From Nitrososphaeria archaeon (lineage in GTDB: Archaea > Thermoproteota > Nitrososphaeria > JACIWG01), in contig JBEKIG010000003.1 in NCBI GenBank assembly GCA_050011875.1, forward strand, positions 1 through 64,000: a DNA stretch of 64,000 nucleotides. Reading direction: 5' to 3'. How positions within the stretch are numbered: the first letter of the stretch is position 1; every line of letters begins with the position of its first letter. Positions 10,722-20,886 of the stretch are shown here, piece by piece. The notes under the pieces were generated by a model. The model searched no databases, had not been told where the DNA came from, and saw only the letters and a list, made by a program, of their open reading frames with translations. The position numbers were made by a program, and so were the translations under genes.

Positions 10722-11387
10722 TCAGACGGCCCAGCTTACATTCTCTTTGATAATTCTTGCGGGGATGCCAGCGACCAAACATGCGTTAGGCACATCTTTA
10801 GTGACTATTGCCCCTGTGGCCACCACAGCGCCGTCGCCTATCCTGACACCTTTCAAAATTGCGGCTCTACTACCAATCCAGACATGACAACCGATGAAGA
10901 CTGGCTTGGAAACTGCGAAATCATCACGAATGATTCTATGGAAATCAGTGTCTCTTATTTCAACATCATATGAAATGTGTGAATTATCACCGACAGAAAT
11001 GTGGTCCGCACACATAATCTTAGAATCCGAACCAACATGTATTTGGTCACCAAATTCTAAGGTTGCGCCTTCGGCGATGAGAATTTTAGTGCCGTACCCA
11101 ACGCGAACGGACCCGTTGACTATCATTTTGCTGTTCTCACACATCTCGAATGTGCAGGGACTGTTGGACACAAAACTGGTCTCATAAATGCCTAGACTAA
11201 ACATGCCTTTATTGACTATCCGAGCGCTTTTGTCAACCTCTACCGCTGCGTTTCCATTCACTAAGAAGCAGCTTAAACCTTTGCCGTTATCACCTGCTCT
11301 TGTCCGAGAATAAACATATCTGCTCTTAAGAAGTGTTCTCACGCCGATTCTATTAGAAATCATTTTTCTTAGTTTGACTACACTCAC
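10722..11387 (-). CDS. Hexapeptide-repeat (left-handed beta-helix) O-acyltransferase
   Basis: 'DTDFH...PVFIGCHVWIGSRAAILKGVRIGDGAVVATGAIVTKDVP...AGIPARII' signature. Confidence 0.92.
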   Translation of the reverse strand: MSVVKLRKMISNRIGVRTLLKSRYVYSRTRAGDNGKGLSCFLVNGNAAVEVDKSARIVNKGMFSLGIYETSFVSNSPCTFEMCENSKMIVNGSVRVGYGTKILIAEGATLEFGDQIHVGSDSKIMCADHISVGDNSHISYDVEIRDTDFHRIIRDDFAVSKPVFIGCHVWIGSRAAILKGVRIGDGAVVATGAIVTKDVPNACLVAGIPARIIKENVSWAV

Positions 11388-12158
11388 ACGGTGTATTAAC
11401 TTCTTGTCGGTTTTTAAGTTTTATAGTATTTGAGCATAGTGGTGGCGGGCCCGCTGCGCGCGTGGCTGTTCCTAAATTAGTTCGCGGAGTACTCTTGTGC
11501 TTCTGGATTTGTCTACTTTGTGAGTGTTTACGCGCGCGCTAACTCAGCTTAGTTGGCAACGCGGCTACAAGATTATTAATCGTATTTCTTGGCTGCCCGT
11601 CTCAGATTGTCCTACTCAGAGATAACACCTTCCTTGAATAGGCCCTCGTTAAGTGCATAAAGAATTGCTGCACTCTTGGAACATTCAATACTATATCCTG
11701 CTGTAAAAGAACATCTGAAAAGTTACCCTGAGATTTACCCCAGATTGAAAAAATTTGAGGAAACGTTTGATGAACTAAATGAGAAATTGCTTCAGAATAA
11801 GGAAGTGCTTCAGAAATATTTTAACCCTGAATTAGAAGGGCCTTTCAAGTTCATTTTCCAAGTACAACAACAATCTTAACTTCGACCATTACTATTATAC
11901 ATGATAACCTTATGAGGCGATAAAATGTGTTTTTTATGATTCCGATACGAATTTTCTAAAGTGCGCTCAGGCTCTACCTACCGTTTACATAGGCATTTCT
12001 CAGAACATGCTGTCATGCCATTGGCTTGTGCCCTGAGACAGAACTAAGATGCTGAATTAAATTACAAGTCTAGTAAGGTTAACTCAGGAGAAAGGTTTAT
12101 AACTTAAAGACACTTTATTTTTTTATGGTCGTACGAAGATAAAAACAGAAGTGGAAAC

Positions 12159-12720
12159 ATGAATAGAAACGAAATAGACTGGAATAAACCTTCTCTGCGA
12201 CGTTGGATGAATACCACGGCGAAAAGTAACACGCAGAGTGCCTACCGAAGTGTATATCAGGCTTGAGAGCAACACAGCTTATTGACGAATCAGTGGAGGA
12301 CATGAAGAAAGACGTGAGGGAAGGAAGAGATGTAGTGAAGACGCGTATCCTAGCATTCTACAACTGGCTAGTGAAAGAGTTTCCTGTGCACCAAGGCGTC
12401 ACGGGCACTGAATACGTGGTTATCCACAAGGGTCTTCACCCAAAAAGTACCGACATATTCTTGGGCGCAATAAGACGCTTCTACGCAACTTTTGACATCA
12501 CGGTGAAACTGAAAGGAAGACAGCGACTTCTTAGGGCTAAAGTTTTCAACAGGCGAATTCAGCTTACGACACTTGACATTAAGGCTCTGCTAGATAATGC
12601 AAGAAGCCCCAGAGAACGAGACCTAATTCTGACGATGTTCCAGGGAGGAATGGACGTCAGCACTCTCTGCGGAATAACTTATGGTGACGTGACCGACGGT
12701 TTAGCAAAGAATGAGCACCC
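12159..12720 (+). pseudogene. N-terminal fragment of an archaeal tyrosine integrase, truncated
   Basis: MNRNEIDW...SLRRWM...TQSAYRS, then a frameshift into the 12263 ORF ending DIKALLDNARSPRERDLILTMFQGGMDVSTLC..TYGDV (box I region); breaks off where the GNAT gene begins. Confidence 0.75.
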
Positions 12721-12773
12721 GATTATCTATTCTATTCTGCAGCTCGCGCGAATTTCGAATAGTAGTGGTAATT

Positions 12774-13886
12774 TTGAGAGTAGTTGAGGTGACCTTTGAG
12801 GAATTTCTCCAACTTAGGAAAACGTGGGATGATGCATTGTGCAGAAGTATTGATAATAACGTGTTTCTTACTTGGGAATGGTTGTCCAGTTGGTGGAGAA
12901 TTTTCGGGAAAGAAAGAGACTTTCATCTCATCACGGTTGCCGATGGCGAAAGATTGTTGGCTGCAGCACCTCTAATGATTTCAGAGTACAATGTAAGTAG
13001 ATTGAAACTACGCAAACTTGAATTCATCGGTAGTCCTGATTCAGATTATCATACTTTTCTGCTTACAGAAAAGAAGCTAGAGCATGTAAGAATGATGATT
13101 GAGTATACAGGCGAAAGAACAAACTGGGATTCTGTCGAATTTCACGAAATCCCTGAAGACTCGAATACAGCAGAGTTTCTAACAATGCTAAAAAAGCCCT
13201 TATTTAAAGCGAGAATGCAACATGTTTGCCCTTATTCGACTCTGCCAAACCAGTTTAATGATTATTTAATTAAGCTAGATAGAAAAGTTCGCGGTGAACT
13301 TCACAGATGTGAAAAGAGACTGAGAGAGGAAAACAATATAGGCTTCAGAATCTGCAATAAAATAACAGATGTAAGAGAAGCCATGAGGACTTTTATTGAT
13401 TTGCATGAAAAGAGGTGGCGTTCGAAGAAGCAATCAGGGTCTTTCTCAAGCAAAAAAAATTTTGCAAACTTCCACCTAGAAGTCGCCCAATTGTTCGCTG
13501 AAAGAGGTTGGCTTTCTCTTAGCTTCACGACGGTGAACGACATGCCCGTTGCCTGTAGCTATGACTTCACATATGGACAAAAGCTTTACGGCTACTTGTC
13601 TGGCTTCGACCCTTCCTATGCCAAATACGGCATTGGAGATATCAACTTGATGTATCTAATTGAGCATTGCATTAAGAACAATCTGAGAGAGATTGATTTT
13701 ATGAGAGGGGACGAACCATACAAGAAAAAGTGGAATACGAAAGTAAGGAGAAATCTCGAGTTTTGGACTGCCAAGAGGAGGTTTGTTCCCCTCTTCTACA
13801 ACTTGATAAACAAGAACGACAATTTCGCTTTTCTGGTGGATCACTCATCCTTCATATCGTATATTAAAAGATCGCTTTTGTCGTGA
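12774..13886 (+). CDS. GNAT N-acetyltransferase, CelD/BcsL-like
   Basis: 'FLTWEWLSSWW', 'LAAAPL', 'SDY', 'LHEKRW', 'SGFDPSY', 'IDFMRGDEPYK'; start taken as the in-frame TTG at 12774. Confidence 0.9.
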   Translation: MRVVEVTFEEFLQLRKTWDDALCRSIDNNVFLTWEWLSSWWRIFGKERDFHLITVADGERLLAAAPLMISEYNVSRLKLRKLEFIGSPDSDYHTFLLTEKKLEHVRMMIEYTGERTNWDSVEFHEIPEDSNTAEFLTMLKKPLFKARMQHVCPYSTLPNQFNDYLIKLDRKVRGELHRCEKRLREENNIGFRICNKITDVREAMRTFIDLHEKRWRSKKQSGSFSSKKNFANFHLEVAQLFAERGWLSLSFTTVNDMPVACSYDFTYGQKLYGYLSGFDPSYAKYGIGDINLMYLIEHCIKNNLREIDFMRGDEPYKKKWNTKVRRNLEFWTAKRRFVPLFYNLINKNDNFAFLVDHSSFISYIKRSLLS

Positions 13887-14377
13887 ACGTAGCCAGCAAT
13901 AACCTTATAGCCTAACTGTTCAAAGAGTTTCACTCTTTCATTTTGAGGAGATATTCCGTCTTGATAAAGCTTCTTACTATTCGGTTTAGCTATTTGAGAA
14001 TGTTGAGGTCCTTCTAGCTCTTCGGTTTCATCTAAATCGGGTTCTTCCACATATAGAGGGTCAATGCACCCAGTTCTAAGGTTAAATCTTGGGTGCTTGG
14101 TAAAATCGAAATCGTTATTATTAGATGGTCTTTCGTTCTCTGGAAGGTTTAGAAAAGCTAAATCGCAAAAAGGGACATCTAAACACTCTTTAGGAAGGTA
14201 CTTTGGTAATGGATGTTCTAAAATCTCACTGAACTGTCTTATAGACCATTTACTACACGCACTACGGAAATATCAGAAGAAAGCTGGTTAAGCATTGAAG
14301 TTTATCGCGTTACATGAATAAGATTCCAGTGCTCTATTCTTAATTGCTCTTATCTAGCATTAGCCGTCTTTAAACGG

Positions 14378-14827
14378 CTAAAGTTTATTTTTTAAATTTT
14401 CTGCAAACGCTTGGGCTTTATTTAAATCCTCTTCGTTTGGTCTACCTTTGCTTATTCCTCCCAAGATGAAAGTGTCATAGCCTGGACAGTTAAACTCATC
14501 GATTATTGTTAAGCCTTTATTTTGCAGGGCAACCCGTAGGGCTTGATGACAGTTTGGAGTTCGTTTTTCATTTTGGTCTCCGCTTGTGGAAAAAATAAAC
14601 GCTTTCTTATTGAGATTAGGCATGTTCGCTATCATTTCAAGTAAGCTTTTATGGTGTTTACCATAAAATATTCCTGAGCCAAAACCAACCAGATCGTATT
14701 CTGCAAGGTTTTTTGGGTCGAATGCACCGACTTTTCTTAGGTCCGCACCTAGAACATTCGTCATTACGTTTGCCACTTTTTCAGTGTTTCCATGATGAAT
14801 AGAAACATAAATTATTATGGCTTTCAT
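14378..14827 (-). CDS. Flavodoxin-family protein
   Basis: YVSIHHGNTEKVA FMN loop, GFGSGIF, FIFSTSG, GRPNEEDL. Confidence 0.92.
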   Translation of the reverse strand: MKAIIIYVSIHHGNTEKVANVMTNVLGADLRKVGAFDPKNLAEYDLVGFGSGIFYGKHHKSLLEMIANMPNLNKKAFIFSTSGDQNEKRTPNCHQALRVALQNKGLTIIDEFNCPGYDTFILGGISKGRPNEEDLNKAQAFAENLKNKL

Positions 14828-15345
14828 AATTTAGCATCATTTATAACCGGGTTACCTGTTGATTTATGTTTTTATTTGCACTTGTTCATATAATATTTTA
14901 ACATTCTATAAAAGACTAATTTGGGATCATTCAACTATATAATTAGATTTCACTCATTTGTCCGATCTTCGATGAGACAGCTCTTCCTTGCTATGCTACA
15001 GCAAATATTCTTCCCACTCTAACGTTTGGGGTGACACATTCGATCAACCCCCTTGATTTTAGCTCTCAGAGTGCTCGACTGATGTTCGCGATGCTCGTAT
15101 GCAGTTCTCTGGCCAGTATCGTCGGAGTCTTCGGAGTCTTAAGTTTCGTCAATACAGCCTTTCTGTTCTTACTGCGAGAGACATGCAAGAGTCCGAGTGT
15201 AAAAATGTATCTAAATATCTACCTTAAAATAAAAAGGTACTTAAAATCAAACATCTAGGATTAAAAAAGCACCTATAAGCTCGTAATGAGGATTAAAATA
15301 TCATGTCTGAAGTTGGTAAATGTTTAGGTTTTAGGCATGGTGTTT

Positions 15346-15700
15346 CTATCCTTGCTTATTAATGGATTGATTTGTTTCTTTATCTCCAATATTAGTGTCC
15401 TTACTGTCCTTTGTGTCCTTTCGTTGTTTTTCTGCTTTATTTTCTTCTATTTTTTGTTGAGAGGACGCTATGGACACTAAGGACACTATATTTTGATGTT
15501 TAGGAGCATAATTATATCTTCTGCAAATATCAGCAATATCCTTTAAGCAAAAATGTCTAGCACGGTTTCCCTTATGTTCTGGTTTTGCTCTCATAGAGCT
15601 TAGAACCCTTCCCTCTATTGAAGGACTCTAAGAATCATAAAATTCCTTTTCATCATATTTGTCTGATGCTGGATTAAAGTATTCTTCTTTTACATTATTC
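15346..15700 (-). pseudogene. Possible C-terminal remnant of a plasmid/virus replication-type gene
   Basis: Broken frame ending in short KDTKDSKDT and SIVSLVSIAS repeats, as seen at the ends of element-borne primase/helicase-type proteins; weak. Confidence 0.3.
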
Positions 15701-16023
15701 TAAATAGACTTTAATATATTACATCTCACGTGAATGGAATTATTTGTATTACATTCTAATATATATAATATTATCATATTTCGTATTAGGTATAATCAAA
15801 TTACATTAATATTTAATTAATCAAAAAAATAACAGTTAACTATTTATTTTAGTTTATGATCAATGGAAACCAACGACACCAGAAGAAGTAGAAACGAAAG
15901 ATAAACTGGGAAAAGATAACCTCTCCTGCAACAGGAATGATGACTCTTAGGTCTTCAATGTCACTCATTACATGTTATAAATTGGGGAAGAAGGTTATAA
16001 ACTCTTCCAAAGTTTTTTTGGTA

Positions 16024-16250
16024 GTCAACTACTACCTCTTGAAAGGGTTAGCTTGTAGCTGTCATCCACTACTCACGTAGGAGAAGCTTCACCTGACGTT
16101 ACGATTGGCTCGTTGACGAAGAGCATGAGGTACTCAGACTTGCCAAGCACCTCGATGTTTCTGGAAGCATTAAAGTCAGCATGTAATTCAAAGCAGCAGT
16201 TGCCACAGCGAAAACGAAGCCCATGACGATTCTAACGGTGAATGTTGGGG
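16024..16250 (-). mobile_element. tnpB: IS200/IS605-family remnant: TnpB C-terminus plus right end
   Basis: Minus strand reads NRHGLRFRCGNCCFELHADFNASRNI (Zn-ribbon and RuvC-III 'AD.NA..NI'), followed by GTCAACGAGCCAATCGTAAC...AGCTACAAGC...GGTAGTAGTTGAC, a typical archaeal IS605 3' end. Confidence 0.85.
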
Positions 16251-16654
16251 TCTTCTTGCAAATTAGATAAAGTCAACCTATTATGCGTTAGTCTTCTTCA
16301 AAATCTTATATAAAATCTAAAATTGTAAAATATGCATATTTAGAAAACATTTTCAGCAATTCTACCATCGGTCGATTTCATTATCCTTGACAAAAGTAAG
16401 GTTATGTCCTTTGAAATAGACCCTAAAACCTTAGATCATTGGACCAAACCGCCAGAGCTAGTGATAGAATAAAAAAGAGGAATCACCAAGAAGCGTTCTC
16501 CTTCTCCTTAGCATAATATTCATGTTAAGCTTAAATAGTGTCTAGCTTATTCTTTAAATATTATGATAAAAGATTTCATAATAATCTTTTTCTATGAAAA
16601 AGTACAAATGAATGACCAAATAACATTTACGACATTTACTCATAATTCAGAATC

Positions 16655-17341
16655 TTGAAGAAGGTTCAGACGATGATATTGCCTAAGGTTCATTGGGATA
16701 CACGCCGGAGGATGCCTTGCTTCTGGTTTTTCAATATGTCTTATGCTCCTTGGGCTTTTCTTAGGGTTTTGATTAGAATATGGAGGTATAAGGATTTTAG
16801 TGTTGTTTCTGATGATGGTATAGATACTCTTGTGGTATCTTATAGAGGGATGAGATTACATATTTCATATGAATATGCACTAAATTTTTTTTATGAGTGG
16901 AAAGACTTCTCTTCTGATTATATTATTGAAGGTTTCAGTTTAAAGGATAAGGTTGTGCTAGACGTTGGTGCAGGCTGCGGTGAGACTGCATTGTTTTTTC
17001 TCAGTCACGGGGCTAAGAAGGTTGTGTGCATCGAGAAGGATCATAAATGCTTTGATTTGCTAAAGAAAAACCTACAAGATGGTTTAAGAATTGAAGCTAT
17101 AAACGAATCGTTTAAATTAGATCATCTAAGGCAGTTCAGATTCGACTTCGCAAAGATAGATATTGAGGGAGGAGAAAGTGAGTTGTTAAAACTTGACAAA
17201 ATAAATTTCCCTCTTGCAATAGAAATACATGGTAAGGAAATGTTCTTTCGTTTCCACAAAAAATTTTGCGAGCTAAAGACTTTAAAGGCATGGAGAAATG
17301 AAACGAATCAATTAGTATTCATTTGCCAACAACAAAAGTAG
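16655..17341 (+). CDS. FkbM-like class I SAM methyltransferase
   Basis: VVLDVGAGCGETA and KIDIEGGE...IEIH motifs; true start may be downstream. Confidence 0.85.
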   Translation: MKKVQTMILPKVHWDTRRRMPCFWFFNMSYAPWAFLRVLIRIWRYKDFSVVSDDGIDTLVVSYRGMRLHISYEYALNFFYEWKDFSSDYIIEGFSLKDKVVLDVGAGCGETALFFLSHGAKKVVCIEKDHKCFDLLKKNLQDGLRIEAINESFKLDHLRQFRFDFAKIDIEGGESELLKLDKINFPLAIEIHGKEMFFRFHKKFCELKTLKAWRNETNQLVFICQQQK

Positions 17342-17377
17342 ATGGTTTTTTACCTATAACATACTTTGATTGGTGTT

Positions 17378-17411
17378 GATGGCTGATGATGGCTGATGAT
17401 GGCTGATGATG
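17378..17411. repeat. 10-bp tandem repeat (gatggctgat), about 3 copies
   Basis: gatggctgat gatggctgat gatggctgat gatg seen directly. Confidence 0.9.
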
Positions 17412-17922
17412 ACAGGTTATATACCCTTCTTATTCCCTTATTAAAGTTCTTAACCATGAGGTGTTCTTAAGAGTTCCTTATCTTCACCCTTATTTACCGT
17501 CTGTTCCCATCTGAACCGCTTAAGTTTCCTATCGTCTTAAATGTTCTTTAAGATTCTCTATGACACCGACGGTTTGTTTTATGATTACGATACGAATTTT
17601 CTGCCATTAAAGCAATATTATTCTGATATTGTTCACTGCCCCAGAACTGAAAATCATCAGAATCAAAAATGTCATTCTTTAAGACGATATCAGACTTCTC
17701 AGCTAAGAGCTTAAAGCTATCGAGAGTCTGAATGAAAAAATGATACTGGGCATCTATCCCGACCCAATCGACACCATGATGATTCCAAATGTATTCGGTT
17801 CTTTAAAAGGTCTGCTTACAATTACAAAGTGAGCATGCTTAGGTGCTATTGACCTAATTCTGGGAAACTTCTGTTTGATGAGCTTAACTCTAAAGTCTTT
17901 ATCTGACTTACTATCTATCGTC

Positions 17923-18717
17923 TTAACTACTCTGGAAGGATAATGTTTTCAAGAGAAGCTTCAACCACGTTCTTCGACCAAATAAGAAGGGGCTAACAGC
18001 CAACTCGCAGCCCCTACATAGAACGTCACCGTCTAATGTGAACATGTTTCTCTGGATGCGCTTAAGATCTTTAGAGTTCAAAATATCCATATAGCTCTGC
18101 TTAAGCAGATTTCCCAAGACATGTTTTAGTCCGAAGTCCTGGGGGCATAAGACTACATCGCAGTTAGGGAGCATCACAAAGTCTGAATGAGTGAGGTGAG
18201 TGCAGTAGAAGAACCCTTTTTTATGGAAGCGCTTAGCTCCTCTCGATAGGCCTGCCCTCCCTATATTTTTAAAGTTATTGTTCATAATGGAGAATGCATC
18301 AATCCTTAAAGTTGTTAGAACCTCGGTTAAAGTTTCTCGGTACTCTTCCGTAATTGGGATCTTCGCGTTCCCCAAGTTGTCTGGAAGATGCAGGGTAAAG
18401 CGCTCTATGTTCAGCTTCGCAAGCCGTTTAACATCTTCAGGCTTTAATCCGACCAGAGTTGAGAAAATGTCGACTGGGTGCCCCCTTTCCCTCGCGTACT
18501 CTATCATATCCACCGCGCATGGGTTGATGAAAGGCTCGTTGAAACCTGAAAAGTCAAGTATAACATCATTCGGCACATTCGATAAAGCAGCTTTAAAATC
18601 TTCTAGCGAAAGAAACTTAACACCCTTATAGGCTTTCTGGTAGAACTCTTGAGGGCAGAAGTAGCAGTTCATAGTACAGAAACCTGCAGTTGAAATCTCT
18701 AACTCACCATTCACCAT
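17923..18717 (-). CDS. Radical SAM / SPASM-twitch domain protein
   Basis: CTMNCYFC (CxxxCxxC), SGFNEP, and C-terminal C...VVLCPQD...LGNL...CRGC. Confidence 0.9.
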   Translation of the reverse strand: MVNGELEISTAGFCTMNCYFCPQEFYQKAYKGVKFLSLEDFKAALSNVPNDVILDFSGFNEPFINPCAVDMIEYARERGHPVDIFSTLVGLKPEDVKRLAKLNIERFTLHLPDNLGNAKIPITEEYRETLTEVLTTLRIDAFSIMNNNFKNIGRAGLSRGAKRFHKKGFFYCTHLTHSDFVMLPNCDVVLCPQDFGLKHVLGNLLKQSYMDILNSKDLKRIQRNMFTLDGDVLCRGCELAVSPFLFGRRTWLKLLLKTLSFQSS

Positions 18718-19192
18718 AAAACATCATTTCTTCCATATCATAACGTCTATTTCATTGGGGATGTTGAAGAATAGAAACTTCGTTAAATCGTGGGTTCTAA
18801 TTTCGCAAGGATAGTTTCTAAGAATTTGTTCGTTTAGAACGTCTCTAATGGTTAATATGGAAGAAGGTGAATGGAAGAAGAACTGTAATCGACCTATTTC
18901 TTCAAGATCATTGTATGTTATTTCATTTTCTGGCATAATATCTATATGAAAATTATATAATTAACCTATTATTTTAGCTTTTTCATATATAATCTATAAT
19001 TAACATAAACATAAGCTTTGAATAAAAAAATTAAACTTCCTATAGCCACCAATGTCCACACTGTTTCAGTACGAAAATAAATCGAACAATCACAACATGA
19101 AGGATGATGCTGGTATTGACTTTCAAAACAGTTATTTATAATTCAATTTATTAAATGTTTTATAAAGTTATTTAAATTTCTTTAAAATCTCT

Positions 19193-20032
19193 TTAAACTA
19201 TATTTATAGAGTCTTTGAAAGTCTTTAAACTGTCCTTTAAATCCTTACGAATCGCACCTAGACGATCAATGACCACAAGAGGTAGCTTCACTTTGTCTGC
19301 AAATTCAAGAAAAGCATTATTATCAATAACATCATCTGAAAGAAGGATTCCTCCATCCTTCAAATAAGGCCACACAATATTATATTCATTTATCATGTTC
19401 TTGTAAGTGTGTCGTGAATCATGGATAAAAATGTCAATACTCTGTAACCCATCTAGCATCTTGGGTAATATTCTAGTGCTTTCTCCCAACATCAATGTCC
19501 ACCTCGGCCTTAGCTCTTCTGGGATTACCCAGCCCAAACTTTTCCCCAAAGGCACAATTACACCCTCTCTATAGTGCAAGTCTATAGAATATAGTCCACC
19601 ATTAGCATTAGCGTTTAATGCTTTTAAAATAAAAGCTGATGATATGCCATTGGCAACACCAGTTTCCACAACGATTTTTGGATCCAATCGTCTTATTAGT
19701 ACATAAAGTAGTAAGCCGGATTCAAAACTAATAGGGCCTCCTGTGCCTTTGAGCTGTTTTATGCATGAATCAATATGTCGAAGAAAAATAGAGTCGTCTA
19801 ACTCCTTTTTCAGTGTTACAACATTTGGTTCGGTAACGTTTGTTAGAATTTCTACCCCCTTTTCAAAGGATTCGTAGTTTCGTTCGTATTCGCTAATTCT
19901 TGAGCGATTTTTTTTTGACTCTCGCTGTTCAAAGGGCCTAAGGATAGCTCTATAAATAAGGTAAGGATGACGCAAGTAACGAATTTTACGTATATAGTTT
20001 TTCACTTTCTCAGCCATCATTGCATTGAACAC
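19193..20032 (-). CDS. Class I SAM-dependent methyltransferase (Methyltransf_24-like)
   Basis: VVETGVANGISS, LYSID, IFIHDSRH, GGILLSDDV. Confidence 0.9.
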   Translation of the reverse strand: MFNAMMAEKVKNYIRKIRYLRHPYLIYRAILRPFEQRESKKNRSRISEYERNYESFEKGVEILTNVTEPNVVTLKKELDDSIFLRHIDSCIKQLKGTGGPISFESGLLLYVLIRRLDPKIVVETGVANGISSAFILKALNANANGGLYSIDLHYREGVIVPLGKSLGWVIPEELRPRWTLMLGESTRILPKMLDGLQSIDIFIHDSRHTYKNMINEYNIVWPYLKDGGILLSDDVIDNNAFLEFADKVKLPLVVIDRLGAIRKDLKDSLKTFKDSINIV

Positions 20033-20184
20033 TTGAAGTTAGGCTTTAAGGTTATCGCTTGATACGTTCACGACAAAAGAGTTAGCGATAGAATAAAAAA
20101 CAGAGTGTGGCTAGTCGACCATTAGCCTTTTCTGTTTAAGTTCAATCTAGTAACACAACTAACCTTTTTGACCTTGATAAGTTA

Positions 20185-20511
20185 GTGGTTTTTTATCAAA
20201 AAGCCTATGGAGAAGATGGTTCTAAAATTGTCTCTTTTCTTTATTCATGTGGAGAATATGGGATAAAATATTGGTGTGAAGAGGGGCATCATTACATTCT
20301 TAAGAAAAAACTATGTAATGAGAGGCGTTATTGTCCGATTTGTGCGGATGCCTATAAACGTATGAAGGTAGGGCATGCTGTTGAAACGTTTAAGAAATTG
20401 CATGATCTTCACACTGGGCAGATCCATCCAACTCAGGCTGTGATTACTTTCCCTAAAGAGCCTTGGCGTGAGGTGGCTGGGAATGTTGATAAGGCTTTTG
20501 CTCTGGTTTAG
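20185..20511 (+). pseudogene. Truncated rolling-circle Rep / IS91-like N-terminal zinc-binding region
   Basis: SCGE...C..GH...LCNERRYCPIC followed by AVITFP (motif-1-like); stops before any HUH motif. Confidence 0.6.
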
Positions 20512-20886
20512 TAGGTTTTAACAACGTTAAGAAGTGTCCTTAAGTATTACATCGCAATATTCAATCATTCTATTTTTATTAAGATACCATAGCTTGGGAC
20601 GTTCTTTATCCATATCCAGTTTATATTCTTTTTCATGAGAATCGACATATTCCATTATTTTATTTTCTTCTTTAAAGATTTCAGGATACGTTTTTTGATA
20701 ATCAGGATTGTATTCGCTATTTATAAAGTTTAAGAGTCTAATATATTCTCTTATTTCTTGAGAAACAGATTTAGTTTTTATATATTTATTATATCGCTTC
20801 TGGTCATCTTCTATATCTTCACCCTCTACAAAAATAAAAATAGCATAATATATTCTCTTGCATCATATCATTATTAAGACAACTTC

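Noticed and set aside
11440-11560. tRNA gene
   Set aside because: Only about 14 nt resemble an acceptor 3' end; no T-arm or cloverleaf.
13841-14290. Long start-less minus-strand frame overlapping the GNAT 3' end
   Set aside because: No recognisable family; probably element debris and cannot be assigned by eye.
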